64,000 bases of DNA from Azolla caroliniana (lineage: Eukaryota > Plantae > Polypodiophyta). The notes below the pieces were generated by a model that had not been told where the DNA came from, did not search any database, and saw only the letters and a list, made by a program, of their open reading frames with translations. Where the stretch lies: assembly GCA_043228905.1 (NCBI GenBank), contig JBHGNT010000058.1, forward strand, positions 98,067 through 162,066. Direction: 5' to 3'. Both the position numbers and the translations under genes were made by a program. Below, piece by piece: positions 1 through 15,894 of this stretch; the first letter of the stretch is position 1, and the number at the start of each line of letters is the position of its first letter.

Positions 1-78
1 CGTTGATGCTTGCGCAATATATAAATTATATTTATTACTAATCAATGATTGCAATATTAAAAAGTACAGAAGATATGA

Positions 79-151
79 TCCATTGTAGTCTAGTTGGTTA
101 GGATACTCGGCTTTCATCTAAGAGACCCGTGTTCAAGTCCCGGCAATGGAA
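79..151 (+). pseudogene. tRNA-Glu-like copy, TTC anticodon variant (representative)
   Basis: 73 nt, acceptor stem TCCATTG/CAATGGA, A box TAGTCTAGTTGG, T loop GTTCAAGTC. The anticodon stem and T stem are damaged. Confidence 0.85.
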
Positions 152-3100
152 ACGACAATATCATATATTAAATTTCTGACGCATATGATGTTTTAATTGT
201 TTGATAACTCAAAAACTCAAGATTATGTTTGAAGGATTGATGATGAACTTTCCTCGATCAAGATTCCAAAAATACGCATTGATTGTCAAATAATGGTGAC
301 TTCTCGATTATCATTGCACCATGTTTGTTTATTTGAACGAAAGCACTTGAATATTACATTAACCAATTCATTTACTAAATGAATTCCATTGTAGTCTAGT
401 TCGTTCAGATCCTTGTTTTTTACACAAGACTCCCGGGTACAACAATAGGCATTGGAAAAACTAGATACATTATAGATGATGAGGTAATGTCACATCGATA
501 AAAACCGTTGAAATTATTAAATATTAAAAACGAGAATGTGGTTACGACAAATTAGTACACCGACAATTATAGTTTGGATAACTTGATAGAATTTCCAAAA
601 ATATGCATAGATTGTAGAATAATGGTGAACTCTCGATCCACATTGCACCATATTTCTTTATTTGAAGCAAAGCACTAGAGTATTACATTAACTAATTCAT
701 TTACTAAATAAATTACATTGTTTCCTAGTTGGTTCGGATCCTCATTTTTTTATGCATAGATTGCAGAATTATGGTCAACTATCGAGAGACCCGGGTTCAA
801 CTCCCACCAATAGAAAAGACAATATCATATATCATATTTTGTGACGCATGTCATGTGTTAAGTGTTCGATAACTGAAAAATTGAAGACCTAAAGTAGTTG
901 TTACAATAATGTACAATTAATAAAATAATCAATATTATGTTTGAAGGATTGATAAAGAACTATAGTTTGTTTTTTTTCTCCTAACATTAATTTCTAAACA
1001 TAATCCCATTATTCAATTAAAAGGAGAGGTGTCAAATGAAATTTGACATAACATTATGTATTTCGGAACAAGAAAAAGCAATATATTTAGTCGTGGTTAT
1101 TCCTCAACATCGTTACGACAATTATAGTTTGGGTAGCTTGATACAATTTCCAAAAATACACATAGATTGTAGAATTATAGTGAACTCTCGACGATCATTG
1201 CACCATGTTTCTTTATTTGAAGGAAGGCACTAGAATATTACATTAACTAATTCATTTACTCAATGAATTCCATTGTAGTCTAGTTGGATCAAATCCTTGT
1301 ATTTTACACGAGACTCTCGGGTACATCAATAGGCATTGGGAAAACTATATACATCATAGATCATGATATATTGTGGCATTGATAAAAACCCTTGAAATTA
1401 TTAAATCTTAACAACGAGAGTGTGTTAGAATAATCCTCTGTTTCTCATTGATGCTTGTGAAATATATAAATATTATGTAGTATTACTCAATGACTGCAAT
1501 ATTAAAAAGTGCAAAAGATGTGATCCATCATAGTCTAGTTGTTTAGGATACTCGGCTCTCACCCGAGAGACCTGGGTTCAACTTCCGGCAATGAAAACGA
1601 CAATATCATATATTAAATTTCCCACGCATATCATGTGCTAACTATTGGATAATTTAGAAACTCAAGATCAAGATCTAAAGTAGTTGTTACAATAATGTAC
1701 AATTAACAAAATAAACAATATTATGTCTGAAGGATTGATGAGTAACTTTACCTTGATTTTTTTCTCGTAACATCAATTTCTAAAGTTAATCCAATTATTC
1801 AATTAATGGTAGAGGTTTCAAATGAAATTGGACAAAACATTATGTTTTTGAGGATAACAAGAAGCAGTAGATTTAGGTGGGGTTACTACACCAACAATTA
1901 TAGCTTGGATAACTCGATACAATATAAAACAATACGCAGAATAATGGTCAACTGTCGACAAGCATTCCACATGTTTCTTTATTTGTAGCAAAGCACTAGA
2001 ATAGTACATTAACTAATTCATTTGATAAATGAATTCCATTGTAATCAAGTTGCCTCGGATGCTTGCTTTTTACCCGAGACGCACGACTATAAGTAGATAT
2101 ATCATATATTATGAGTTAATGTGGCATCGATAAAAACCCTTGAAATTATTAAATCTTAAAACCGAAAGTGTGTTAGAAAAATATTATATTATTGCAAAAT
2201 ATTTATATTATTTTTTTCTAATCAATGATTGCAATAATAGAAAGCAGAGAAGATGTAATCCATTGTAGTCTAGTTGGTTAGAATACTCCGCTCCTACCCA
2301 AGAGAACCGGGTTAAACTCCCATCAATGGATACATCATAGCTCATGAGTTAATTTGGCATCGATAGAAATCCGTAAAATTATTAAATCTTAAAAACGAGA
2401 CTGTGTTAGAATAATCCTGTGTTTGTCGTAGATGCTTGCACAATATATAAATATTATTTATTTTTTTCTACTAACATGAATTTCTAAACTTAGTCCCATT
2501 ATTCAATTAATGGTACACCTTTCAAATGAAATTTGAGAAAACATTATGTTGTTCGATATGACAAGAAGAAGTATATTTAGTTCTGGTTATTCCACAACTT
2601 TTTTACAACAAATTATTTCTTTATTTCTAACAAAGGACTAAAAGTAAATATTTCCTATATCATGAGTTAATATGGCATTGATAAAAACCCTTGAAATTAT
2701 TAAATCTTAAAAACGACAGTGTGTTAGAATAATCATTAGTTTTTCGTTGATACCTGCGAAATATATTATTAATTTCTAATCAATGATAAAAAGATTAAAA
2801 AGCACACAAGATCTGATCTACGATAGTCTAGTTGGTTAGGATACTCGGCCCTCACCTGAGAGACCCAGGTTCAACTCCCGGCAATGGAAACGATAATATC
2901 ATATATTAAATTTCTGATGCATATCAGGTGTTAACTCTTTGATAACTCAGAAACTGAAGTCCTAAAGTAGGTGTTACAATAATGTACAATTAACAAAATA
3001 ATCAATTTTATGTTTCAACGATTCATGACGAACTTTACTTTGATTTTCTTCTCCGAACATCAATTTCTAAACTTCATTCCATTATTTGATTTATGGTAGA

Positions 3101-6100
3101 GGTTTCAAATGAAATTGGACAAAATATTATGTTGTTCGGGACAACAAGAAGAAGAAAATATTATGTGGTTACTCCTCAACATTATTACGATAAATTAGTA
3201 CACCAACAATTATAGTTTAGATAACTTGATTCAATTTCAAACAATATGCATAGATTGCAGAATAATGTTCAACTGTCGACAAGCATGATACCATTTTTCT
3301 TTATTTGTAGCATAGCACTAGAATAGTACATTCACTAACTCATTTACTAAATGAATTCCATTGTAATCAAGTTGCCTCGAATCGTTAATTTTTACCCGAG
3401 ACGCGTGGGTACAAGTACATGCATAGGAAAAACTAGACACATCATAGCTCATGAGTTAGTTTGGCATCGATAAAAACCGATGAACTTATTAAATCTTAAA
3501 ATCGAGAGTGTGTTAGAATAATCCTCAGTTGCTCGTTGATGCTTGCGCAATATATAAATATTATTTATTACTAATCTAAATAATGTACAATTAACAAAAT
3601 AATCATTATTATGTTTGAAGGATTGATGACAAACTTTGCTTTCATTTTTTTCTCCTAACATCAGTTTCTCCTAAACTTAATCCCATTATTTAATTGCACC
3701 AAACATTATGTTTTTCGGGAAAACAAGAAGCAGTACATCCAGTTGTGGTTATTCCTAAACATTGTTACAATAAATTAGTAAACCAACAAGTATAATTTTG
3801 ATAATTTGATACAATTTCAAAAAATACTCATAGATTGCAAAATACTGGTCAACTGCCGACAAGCATTGCACCATGTTTCTTTATTTGTAGCAATGCACTA
3901 GAATAGTACATTAACTAATTCATTTACTCAATGAATTCCATTCTAATCAAGTTGCCTCGACTCATTCATTTTCACCCGAGATGCGCGGGTACATGCACAA
4001 GCATAGGAAAAACTAGATACATCATAGATCATTAGTTAATTTGGCATCGATAAAAACCCGTAAAATTATTAAATCTTAAAAACCAGAGTGTGGTAGAATA
4101 ATCCTCTGTTTCTTGTTGATGCTTCCGCAATATATAAATATTATTTATTACTAATCAATGATTACAATATAAAAAAGTGCACAAGATGTGATCCATTGTA
4201 GTCTAGTTGGTTAGAATGCTTGGCTCTCACACGAGAGACCCAGGTTCAACTCCTGGGAATAGATTGCACCAACAATTATAGTTTGGATAACTTGATACAA
4301 TTTCAAACAATACACGTAGATTGCAAAATAATGGTCAACTGTAGTAAAGCACTCGAATATTACATTAACTAATTCATTTATTAAATGAACTCCACTATAG
4401 TCTAGTTCGTTCATATACTTGTTTTTTACAGGAGACTCCCGGGTACAACAATTGGCATGGGAAAAACTAAATACATCATAGATCATGAGTTTACACAAGA
4501 CTCTCGGGTACAACATTATGTTGTTCGGGAAAACAAGAAGCGGTAGATTTGGTTGCGGTTATTCTTGAACATTGTTATGACAAATTAGTACAGCAACAAT
4601 TATACTTTGGATCACTTGATACAATTTCAAACAATACGCGTAGATTGTAGAATAATGGTCAATTGTCGATGACTATTGCACTATGTTTCTTTATTTGTAA
4701 CAAAGGACTACAGTGGTACATTAACTAATTCATTAACAAAGGACTAGAATGGTACATTGTAATCAAGTTGCCCCGGCTACAAGTAGATATATCATATATC
4801 ATGAGTTAATGTGGCATCGATAAAAACCGTTGCAATTGTTAAATCCTAAAAACGATACTGTGTTAGAATAATCCTCAGTTTTTCATTGATGCTTGCACAA
4901 TATATAAATATTATTTATTTCTAATCAATTATTGCAATATTAAAGAGCATACAAGCTGTGATACATTGTACTCTAGTTGGTTAGGATGCTCGGCTCTCAC
5001 TCGAGAGACCCGTGTTGAACTCCCGGCAATGGAAAAGACAATATCATATATCAAATTTTGCGACACATGTCATGTGTGTACTGTTTGATAACTCAAAAAG
5101 TCAACCCCTAAAGTAGTTCTTAAAATAATGTACAATTAACAAAATAATTAATATTATGTTTGAAGGATTGACAAAGAAGTTTACTTTAATTTTTTTCTCC
5201 TAACATCAATTTCTAAACTTAATCCCATTATTCGATTAATGGTAGAGGTTTCGAATGAAATTGGACCAAACATTATGTTGTTCGGGAAAACAAGAAGCAA
5301 TATATTCAGTTGTGGTTATTCCTCAACATTGTTACGATAAATCAGTACACCAACAATTATAGTTTTGATAACTTGATACAATTTCAAAAAATACACATAG
5401 ATTGCAAAATACTGGTCAATTGTCGACAAGCATTGCAGTATGTTTCTTTATTTGTAGCAAAGCACTAGAATAGTACATTAACTAATTCATTTACTCCATG
5501 AATTCCATTCTAATCAAGTTGCCTCGACTCGTTCATTTTTGCCCGAGATGCGCGGGTACAACCACATGCATAGGACAAACTAGATACATCATAGATCATG
5601 AGTTAATTTGTCATCGATAAAAACCCGTCAAATTATTAAATCTTAAAAACGAGAGTGTGTCAGAATAATTTTCTGTTTCTTGTCGATGCTTGCGCAAAAT
5701 ATGAATATTCTTTATTACTAATCAATGATTGCAATATTAAAAAGTGCACAAGATGTGATCCATTCTAGTCTAGTTGGTTAGAATGCTTGGCTCTCACATG
5801 ACAGACCCGGGTTCAACTCCTAGGAATAGATTGCACCAACAATTATAGCTTGGATAACTTGATACAATTTCAAACAATACGCATTGATAGCAGAATAATG
5901 GTCAACTGTAGTAAAGCACTCGAATATTACATTAACTAATTGATTTACTAAATGAATTCCACTATAGTCTAGTTGGTTCAGATACTTGTTTTTTACACGA
6001 GACTCCCGGGTACAACAATTGGCATGGGAAAAACTAAATACATCATAGATCATGAGTTAATATATCATCGATAAAAACCCTTGAAATTATTAAATCTTAA

Positions 6101-9100
6101 AAACGAGAGTGTGTTAGAATAATCCTCAGTTTCTCGTTAATATTTGCGCAATATATAAATATTACTTATTACTAATGAATGATTGCAATATTAAAAACTA
6201 CACTAGATATGATCCATTGTAGTCTAGTTGGTTAGGATACTTGGCTTTCACCCGAGAGACCGGGGTTTAACTACCGGAAATGGAAACGACAATATCATAT
6301 ATAAAATTTCCGACGTATATCATGTGTTAATTGTTTGATAACTTTCGGGTACAAAAATAGGCATTGGAAAAACTAGAGACATCATAGATCATGAGGTAAT
6401 GTCGCATCGATAAAAACTTTTCAAATTATTAAATCTTAAAAATGACAATGTGTTAGAATAATCCTCAGTTTCTCGTTGATGCTTGCCCAATATATCAATA
6501 TCACTTGTTAGTAATCTATGATTGCAATATATCTATACATAAGATAGGATCCATTGTAGTCTAGTTGGTTAAGATACTCGGCTTTCACCTAAGAGACCCG
6601 TGTTCAACTCCCAGCAATGGAAACGACAATATCATATTATAAATTTGCAACGCATATCATGTGTTTGAAGGATTGATGACAAATTTAGTTTGGTTTTTAT
6701 AGTTTCGATAACTTGATAGAATTTCCAAAGATACGCATAGATTGTAGAATAATGTTGAACTCTCGATCAACATTGCACCATAGTTCTTTATTTGAAGAAA
6801 AGCACTAGAATATTACATTAACTAATTCATTTACTAAATTAATTCCATTGTAGTCTAGTTGGTTGGGATACTTGTTTTTTACACGAGATTGCCAGGTACA
6901 ACATTCTGTTGTTCAGGAAAACAAGAAGCGGTAGATTTGGTTGTGGTTATTCTTGAACATCGATAGTTTCGATCGCTTGATACAATTTCAAACAATACGC
7001 ATAGATTGGAGAATAATGGTCAATTGTCGATGACTATTGCACTATGTTTCTTTATTTGTAACAAAGGACTAGAATGGTACATTAAGTAATTCATTAACAA
7101 AGGACTAGAATGGTACATTATAATCAAGTTGCCTCGGATGCTTACTTTTTACCTGGGACGCCCGACTACAAGTAGATATATCATATATCATGAGTTAATG
7201 TGGCATCGATAAAAATCCTTGAAATTATTAAATCCTAAAAACGATAGTGTGCTAGAATAATCCTTAGTTTTTCATTGATGCTTGCGCAATATATAAATAT
7301 TATTTACTTCTAATCAATTATAGCAATATCGAAAAGCATAGAAGATGTGATCCATTGTAGTCTAGTTGGTTAGGATGATCGCATCTCACCTGAGAGACCC
7401 GTGTTCAACTCCTGGTAATGGAAAAGACAATACCATACATCAAATTTTGCGACGCATGTCATGTGTGTATTGTTTGATAACTCAAAAACTCAAGCCCTAA
7501 AGTAGTTCATACAATAATGTACAATTAACAAAATAATTAATATTATGTTTGAAGGATTGACAAAGAACTTTACTTTAATTTCTAAACTTAATCCCATTAT
7601 TGGATTAATGGTAGAGGTTTCGAATGAAATTGGACCAAACATTATGTTGTTCGGGAGAACAAGAAACAATATATTTAGTTGTGGTTATTCATGAACATTG
7701 TTACGATAAATTAGTACACCAACAATTATAGTTTGTATAACTTGATACAATTTTAAGCCATACGCATAGATTGCAAAATAATGGTCAACTGTCGACAAGC
7801 ATTGCAGCATGTTTCTTTTTTTGTAGCAAAGCACTAGAATAGTACATTAACTAATTAATTTATTAAATGAATTCCATTGTAGTCTAGTTGGTTCGGATCC
7901 TTGTTTTTTACACGAGACTCCCGGGTATAACAATAGGCATTGGGAGAACTAGATACATCATAGATCATGAGGTAATGTGACATCGACAAAAACCCTTGAA
8001 ATTATTAAATCTTAGAAACGAGAGTGGGTTATAATAATCTTCAGTTTCTCGTTGATGGTTGCGCAATAAATAAATATTATTTATTACCAATCAATGATTG
8101 CAATATTAAAAAGTGCACAGGATGTCATCCATTGTAGTCTAGTTGGTTAGAATACTCGACTCTCACACGAGAGACCCGGGTTCAACTCTCGGGAATAGAC
8201 AGGACAATATCATATATTAAATTTTGCAACGCATGTTATGTGTTAACAGTTTGATAACTCAAAAATTCAAGACCTAAAGTAGTTACAATTATGTACAATT
8301 AACAAAATAATCAATATTACGTTTGGTGGATTGATAAAGAATTTTAGTTTGATTGTTTTTCCTAATGTCAATTTCTAAATTAAATCCCCTTATTCAATTA
8401 ATACTAGTGGTTTCAAATGAAATTTGACGAAAAATTATGTTGTTTGGGACAAGAAGAACCAGTATATTTAGTTGTGGTTATTCCTCAACATTGTTATCAC
8501 AAATTAGTACACCAAGAATTATAGTTTGGATAACTTGATACAATTTCAAACAATACGCGTAGATTGCAAAATAATGGTCAACTGTTGACTAGCATTGCAC
8601 CATGTTTCTTTCTTTGTAGCAAAGCACTTGAATAGTACATTTACTAATTCATTTAGTCAATGAATTCCATTTTAATCAAGTTGCCTTGAATCTTTGATTT
8701 TTGCTGGAGACGCGTGGGTACAAGCACAGGTATAGGAAAAATTAGATAAAAACCCTTGAAACTAGTAAATCTTAGAAACGAGAGTGTGTTAGAATAATCC
8801 TCAGTTTTTCGTTGATGCTTGCACAAAATATAAATAGTATTTATTTCCAATCAATGATTGTAATATTACAAAGCACACAAAATGTGATCCATTGTACTCT
8901 AGTTGGTTAGGATACTCAACTCTAGGCCGAGAGACCCGGGTTCAACTACCGGCAATGGAAACGACAATATCATATATTAAATTTTCGACGCATATCATGT
9001 CTTAACTGTTTGATAACTCAATAACTCAAGACCTAAAGTAGGTGTTACAATAATGTACAGTTAAATAAATAATCAATATTATGTTTGAAGGATTGATAAA

Positions 9101-12100
9101 GAAATTTACTTTGATTTTCTCCTCCTAACACCAATTTCTAAACTTAATCCCATTATTCGATTGTAATCACGTGGCCTCGAATCGTTGATTTTTACCCAAG
9201 ACGCGCGGTTACAAGCACAGGCATAGGAAAAACTAGATATATCATACATGATGAGTTAATTTGGCACCGATAAAAACCCGTGAAATTATTAAATCTTAAA
9301 AACGAGAGTGTGTTAGAATAATCCTCTGTTTCTTGTTGATGATTGCGCAATATATAAATATTATTTATTACTAATTAATGATTGCAATTTTAAAAAGTGT
9401 ACAATATGTGATCCATTGAAGTCTAGTTGGTTAGAATACTCGGCTCTCACTTGAGAGACCCGGGTTTAACTCCTGGCAATGAAAACGACAATATCATATA
9501 TTAAATTTTTGAGGTATATCTTGTGTTAACTGTTTGATAACTTAAAAACTCAAGACCTAAAGTAGATGTTACAATAATGTACAATTAATAAAATAAACAA
9601 TATTATGTCTGAAGGATTGATGACGAACATTGCTTTCCTTTTTTTCTCTTGTTGACATGGCACCATATTTCTTTATTTGAACCAATATTACATTGACTAA
9701 TTGATTTACTAAATAAATTCCATTGTAGTCTAGATTGCAGAATAATGGTCAACTATTGAGATACCCGGGTTCAACTCCCACCAATAGAAAAGACAATATC
9801 ATATATCATATTTTGTGACGCATGTCATGTGTTAAGTGCTCGATAACTCAACAACTGAAGACCTAACATTATGTTGTTCGGGATAACAACATGCAGTATA
9901 TTTAGTTCTGGTTATCCACAACATTGTTATGACAAATTAGTACACCTACAATTATAGTTTCGATAATTCGATAGAATTTCAAACAATACGCATAGATTAC
10001 AGAGTAATGGTCAATTGTCGATGAGTATTGCACCATGTTTCTTTATTTTTAACAAAGGACTAAAATGGTACATTAACTAAGTCATTTACTAAATGAAAAC
10101 CATTGTAATCAAGTTGCCTCGAATCCTTGCTTTTTACCTGAGACACTCGGGTACAAGTAGATATATCCTATATCATGAGTTAATATGGCATTGATAAAAA
10201 CCCTTGAAATTATTAAATCTTAAAAACGAGAGTGTGTTCGAAAAAACCTCTGTTTCTTGTTGATGCTTGTGCAATATATAAATATTATTTATTTCTAATC
10301 AATGATAGCAAGATTAAAAAGCACACAAGCTGTGATCCACGATAGTCTAGTTGGTTAGGATACTCGGCCCTCATGTGAGAGACCCGGGTACAACTCCCGG
10401 CAATGGAAACGACAATATCCTATATTAAATTTCCGACGCATATAAGGTATAACTAAAAAAATCCAGTCCTAAAGTAGGTGTTACAATAATGTACGACTAA
10501 CAAAATAAAGAATTTTATGTTTCAACGATTGATAACGAACTTTACTTTGATTTTGTCTCCTAACATCAATTTCTAAACTTAATTCCATTATTCGATTAAT
10601 GGTAGAGGTTTCGAATGAAATTGGAAAAAATAATATGTTGTTCGGGACAACAAGAAAAAGTATATTTAGTTGTGGTTATTCCTCAACATTGTTACGATAA
10701 ATTAGTACACCAAGATTTATATTTTAGATAACTTGATCCAATTTCAAACAATACGCTTAGATTGCATAATAATGTTCAACTATCGACAAGCATTGCACCA
10801 TTATTTTTTATTTGGAGCATGGCACTAGAATAGTGCATTAACTAACTCATTTACTAAATCAATTCCTATGTAATCGAGATGCCTGGAATCGTTGATTTTT
10901 ACCCGAGACACGTGGGTACAAGTACAGGAATAGGAAAAACTAGATACAGCATAGCTCATGAGCTAATTTGGCATCGATAAAAACCGGTGAGCTTATTAAA
11001 TCTTAAGAACGAGAGTGTGTTACAATAATCCTCTGTTACTTGTTGATGCTTGCGCAAGATATAAATATTATTTATCACTAATCAATGATTGCAATATTAA
11101 AAAGTGTACCAGATGTGATCCATGGAAGTCTAGTTGGTTAGAATACTCGGCTCTCACCCGAGAGACACGGGTTTAACTCCCGGCAATGAAAATGACAATA
11201 TCATATATTAAATTTCCAAGGCATATCTTGTGTTAACTGTTTGATAACTCAAAAACTCATGACCTCAAGTAGATGTTACAATAATGTACAATTAACAAAA
11301 TAATCAATATTATGTTTGGAGGATTGATGAGGAACATTGCTTTCTTTTTATTCTCCTAACATCAATTTCTAAACTTAATCCCATTATTCAATTAATAGTA
11401 GAGGTTTCAAAAAAATTTGACAAAATATTATTATGTTCGGGACAAGAAGAAGCAATATATTTAGTTGTGGTTATTTCTCAACATTATCATGGTGAATTCT
11501 CGATGAGCATTGCACAATGTTTCTTGATTTGAAGTAATGCACTAGACTATTATATTAACTAATTCATTTACTAAAAGAATTCTAGTATAGTCTAGTTTGT
11601 TCGGATCCTTCTTTTTTAGAGGAGACTCCCGGGTACAACAATTGGCATGGGAAAAACTAAGTCATTTACTAAATGAACACCATTGTAATCAAGTGGCCTC
11701 AAATCCTTGCTTTTTACCTGAGACACCCGGGTACAAGTAGATATATCCTATATCATGAGTTAATATGGCATTGATAAAAACCCTTGAAATTATTAAATCT
11801 TAAAAACGAGAGTGTGTTAGAATAATCCTCAGTTTTTTGTTGATGCTTGCGCAATATATAAATATTATTTATTTCTAATCAATGATAGCAAGATTAAAAA
11901 GCACACAAGATGTGATCCACGATAGTCTAGTTGGCTAGAATACATGACTCTGACCCGAGAGACCCGGGTTCAACTCTCAGGAATAGAAAGGACCATATCA
12001 TATATTACATTTCCAACGCATATCATGTGTTATCTGTTTGATAACTGAATAACTCAAGACCTAAAGTAGGTGTTACAATAATGTACAATTAACAAAATAA

Positions 12101-15100
12101 TCAATATTATGTTTGAAGGATTGATAAGGAACTTTACTTTGATTTTTTTCTCCTAACATCAATTTCTAAACTTAATTCCATTATTCGATTAATGGTAGAG
12201 GTTTCGAATGAAATTGGACAAAATAATATGTTGTTCGGGACAACAAGAAGAAGCATATTTAGTTGTGGTTATTCCTCAACATTGTTACGATAAATTAGTA
12301 CACTAACAATTATAGTTTAGATAACTTGATCCAATTTCAAACAATATACATAGATTAAGAATAATGTTCAACTGTCGACAAGCATTGCACCATTTTTTTT
12401 TATTTGGAGCATGGCACTAGAATAGTGCATTAACTAACTCATTTACTAAATCAATTCCTATGTAATCGAGATGCCTGGAATCGTTGATTTTTACCCGAGA
12501 CACGTGGGTACAAGTACAGGAATAGGAAAAACTAGATACATCATAGCTCATGAGTTAATTTTTCATCGACAAAAACCGGTGAACTTATTAAATCTTAAAA
12601 AGCAGAGTGTATTAGAATAATCCTCTGTTACTTGTTGATGCTTGGGCAACATATAAATAGTATTTATCACTAATCAATGATTGCAATATTAAAAAGTGTA
12701 CCAGATGTGATCCATGGAAGTCTAGTTGGTTAGAATACTCGGCTCTCACTCGAGAGAGTCGGGTTTAACTCCCGGCAATGAAAACGACAATATCATATAT
12801 TAAATTTCCGAGGCATATCTTGTGTTAGCTGTTTGATAACTGAAAAACTCAAGACCTAAAGAAGATGTTACAATAATATACAATTAACAAAATAATCAAT
12901 ATTATGTTTGAAGGATTGATGACGAAGTTTGCTTTCATCAATTTCTAAACTTAATCCCATTATTCAATTCATAGTAGAGGTTTGAAATGAAATTTGACAA
13001 AATATTATGTTGTTCGGGACAAGAAGAAGCTATATATTGAATTGTGGTTATTTCTCAACATGGTTACAACAAATTAGTACACCGATGATTATAGTTTGGA
13101 TAACATGATAGAATTTCTAAAAATACGCGTAGATTGTATAATAATGGTGAACTCTTGATCAACATTGCACCATATTTCTTTATTTGATGCAAAGCACTAG
13201 AATATTACATTAACTAATTCATTTACTAAATAAATTCCATTGTTGTCTAGTTGGTTCGGATCCTTGTTTTTTTACGCATAGATTGCAGAATAATGGTTAA
13301 CTATCGAGAGACCCAGGTTCAACTCCCACCAATAGAAAAGACAATATCATATATCATGTTTTGCGACGCATGTCATGTGTTAAGTGTTCGATAACTGAAA
13401 AACTAAAGACCTAAACTAGTTGTTACAATATGTATTTCGGGAGAAGATAAATCAATATATTTAGTTGTGGTTATTCCACAACATCGTTACGACAAATTAA
13501 TACACCGACAATTATAGTTTGGGTAGCTTGATACAATTTCCAAAAATATGCATAGATTGTAGAATTATAGTGAACTCTCGATGATCATTGCACCATGTTT
13601 CTTTATTTGAAGCAAGGCACTAGAATATTACATTAACTAATTCATTTACTGAATGAATTGCATTGTAGTCTAGTGAGACTCGCGGGTACATGAATAGGCA
13701 TTGGGAGAACTATATACATCATAGATCATGAGGTACTATGGCATTGATAAAAACCCTTGAAATTATTAAATCTTAACAACGAGAGTGTGTTAGAATAATC
13801 CTCTGTTTCTCGTTGATGCTTGTGAAATATATAAATATTATTTATTACTACTCAATGATTGCAATATTAAAAAGTGCAAAAGATGTGATCCATTATAGTC
13901 TAGTTGGTTAGGATACTGGCTCTCACACGAGAAACCCGTGTTCAACTCCCGGGAATATAAAGGACAATATCATATATCAAATTTTAGACGCTTGTCATGT
14001 GTTAACTGTTTGATAACTCAAAAACTAGATACATCATAGATCATGAGTTAATGTGGCATCGAGAAAAACCCTTGAAATTATTAAATCTTAAAAACGAGAG
14101 TGTGTTAGAATAATCCTCAGTTTTTCGTTCATGCTTGCAAAAAATATATATATTATTTTTTTCTAATCAATGATTGCAATAATAGAAAGCAGAGAAGATG
14201 TAATCCATTGTAGTCTAGTTGGTTAGAATACTCCGCTCCTACCGAAGAGAACCGGGTTAAACTCCCGTCAATGGATACATCATAGCTCATGAGTTAATTT
14301 GGCATCGATAGAAACCCATGAAATTATTAAATCTTAAAAACAAGACTGTGTTAGAATAATCCTGTGTTTCTTGTAGATGCTTGCACAATATATAATGTTT
14401 TTTTTTCTTCTTCTAACATGAATTTCTAAACTTAATCCCATTATTCAATTAATGGTACACGTTTCGAATGAAATTTGACAAAAAATTATGTTGTTCGGGA
14501 TAACAAGAAGCAGTATATTTAGTTCTGGTTATTACACAACTTTTTTACAACAAATTATGTCTTTATTTCTAACAAAGGACTAAAATGGTACATTAACAAA
14601 GTCATTTAGTAAATGAATACCATTGTCATCAAGTTGCCTCGGATCCTTGCTTTTTACCTGAGATGCCCGGGTACAAGTAGATATATCCTATATCATGGGT
14701 TAATATGGCATCGATAAAAACCCTTGAAATTATTAAATCTTAAAAACGAAAGTGTGTTACAATAATCGTTAGTTTTTCGTTGATACCTCCGAAATATATA
14801 AATATTATTAATTTCTAATCAATGATAGCAAGATTAATTTCTAATCAATCATAGCTCATGAGTTACTTTGGCATCGATAAAAACCGGTGAACTTATTAAA
14901 TCTTAAAAACGAGAGTGTGTTAGAATAATCCTCAGTTTCTCGTTGATGCTTGCGCAATACATAAATATTATTTATTACTAATCAATGATCGCAATATTAA
15001 AAAGTGCAGCAAATCTGATCCATTGTAGTCTAGTTGGATAGAATACTTGACTCTGACCCGAGAGACCCGGGTTCACATCTCGGGAATAGAAAGGACCATA

Positions 15101-15639
15101 TCATATATTACATTTCCGACGCATATCATGTGTTATCTGTTTGATAACTGAATAACTCAAGACCTAAAGTATCTGAGTTAATATCGCATCGATGGAAACC
15201 GTTGAAATTATTAAATCTTAAAAACGAGAGTGTGTTAGAATAATCCTCTGTTTCTCGTTGATGCCTGTGCAATATATAAATATTATTTATTACTAATCAG
15301 TGATTGCAATATTGAAAAGTACACAAGATATGATCCATTGTAGTCTAGTTGGTTAGGATACTAGGCTCTCACATGAGATAGCCGGGTTCAACTCCCAACA
15401 ATGGAAACGACAATATCATATATTAAATTTTTGACTCATATGATGTTTTAATTGTTTGATAACTCAAAAACGCAAGATTATGTTTGAAGGATTGATGACG
15501 ATCTTTCCTCCATCAACATTCCAAAAATACGCATAGCTTGTCGAATAATGATTAATTCTCGATTAGCATTGCACCATGTTTGTTTATTTGAATGAAAGCA
15601 CTTGAATATTACATTAACCAATTCATTTACTAGTTGAAT

Positions 15640-15712
15640 TCCATTGTAGTCTAGTTCGTTCAGATCCTTGTTTTTTACACAAGACTCCCGGGTACAACAA
15701 TAGGCATTGGAA
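15640..15712 (+). pseudogene. Degenerate second tRNA-Glu copy of the monomer (representative)
   Basis: Aligns without gaps over 73 nt to the near-intact copy 255 bp downstream. B box lost (GGTACAACAA); T6 run in the anticodon arm. Confidence 0.85.
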
Positions 15713-15894
15713 AAACTAGATACATCATAGATGATGAGGGAATGTCGCATCGATAAAAACCGTTGAAATTATTAAATCTTAAAAATGAGAGTGTGTTAGA
15801 ATAATCCTCAGTTTCTCGTTGATGCTTGCGCAATATATAAATATTATTTATTACTAATCTATGATTGCAATATTAAAAACTACACAAGATATGA

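Noticed and set aside
15640-15712. Functional tRNA-Lys(TTT) in the degenerate copy
   Set aside because: The body is Glu-derived, the T arm and B box are destroyed, and the T6 run would terminate Pol III.
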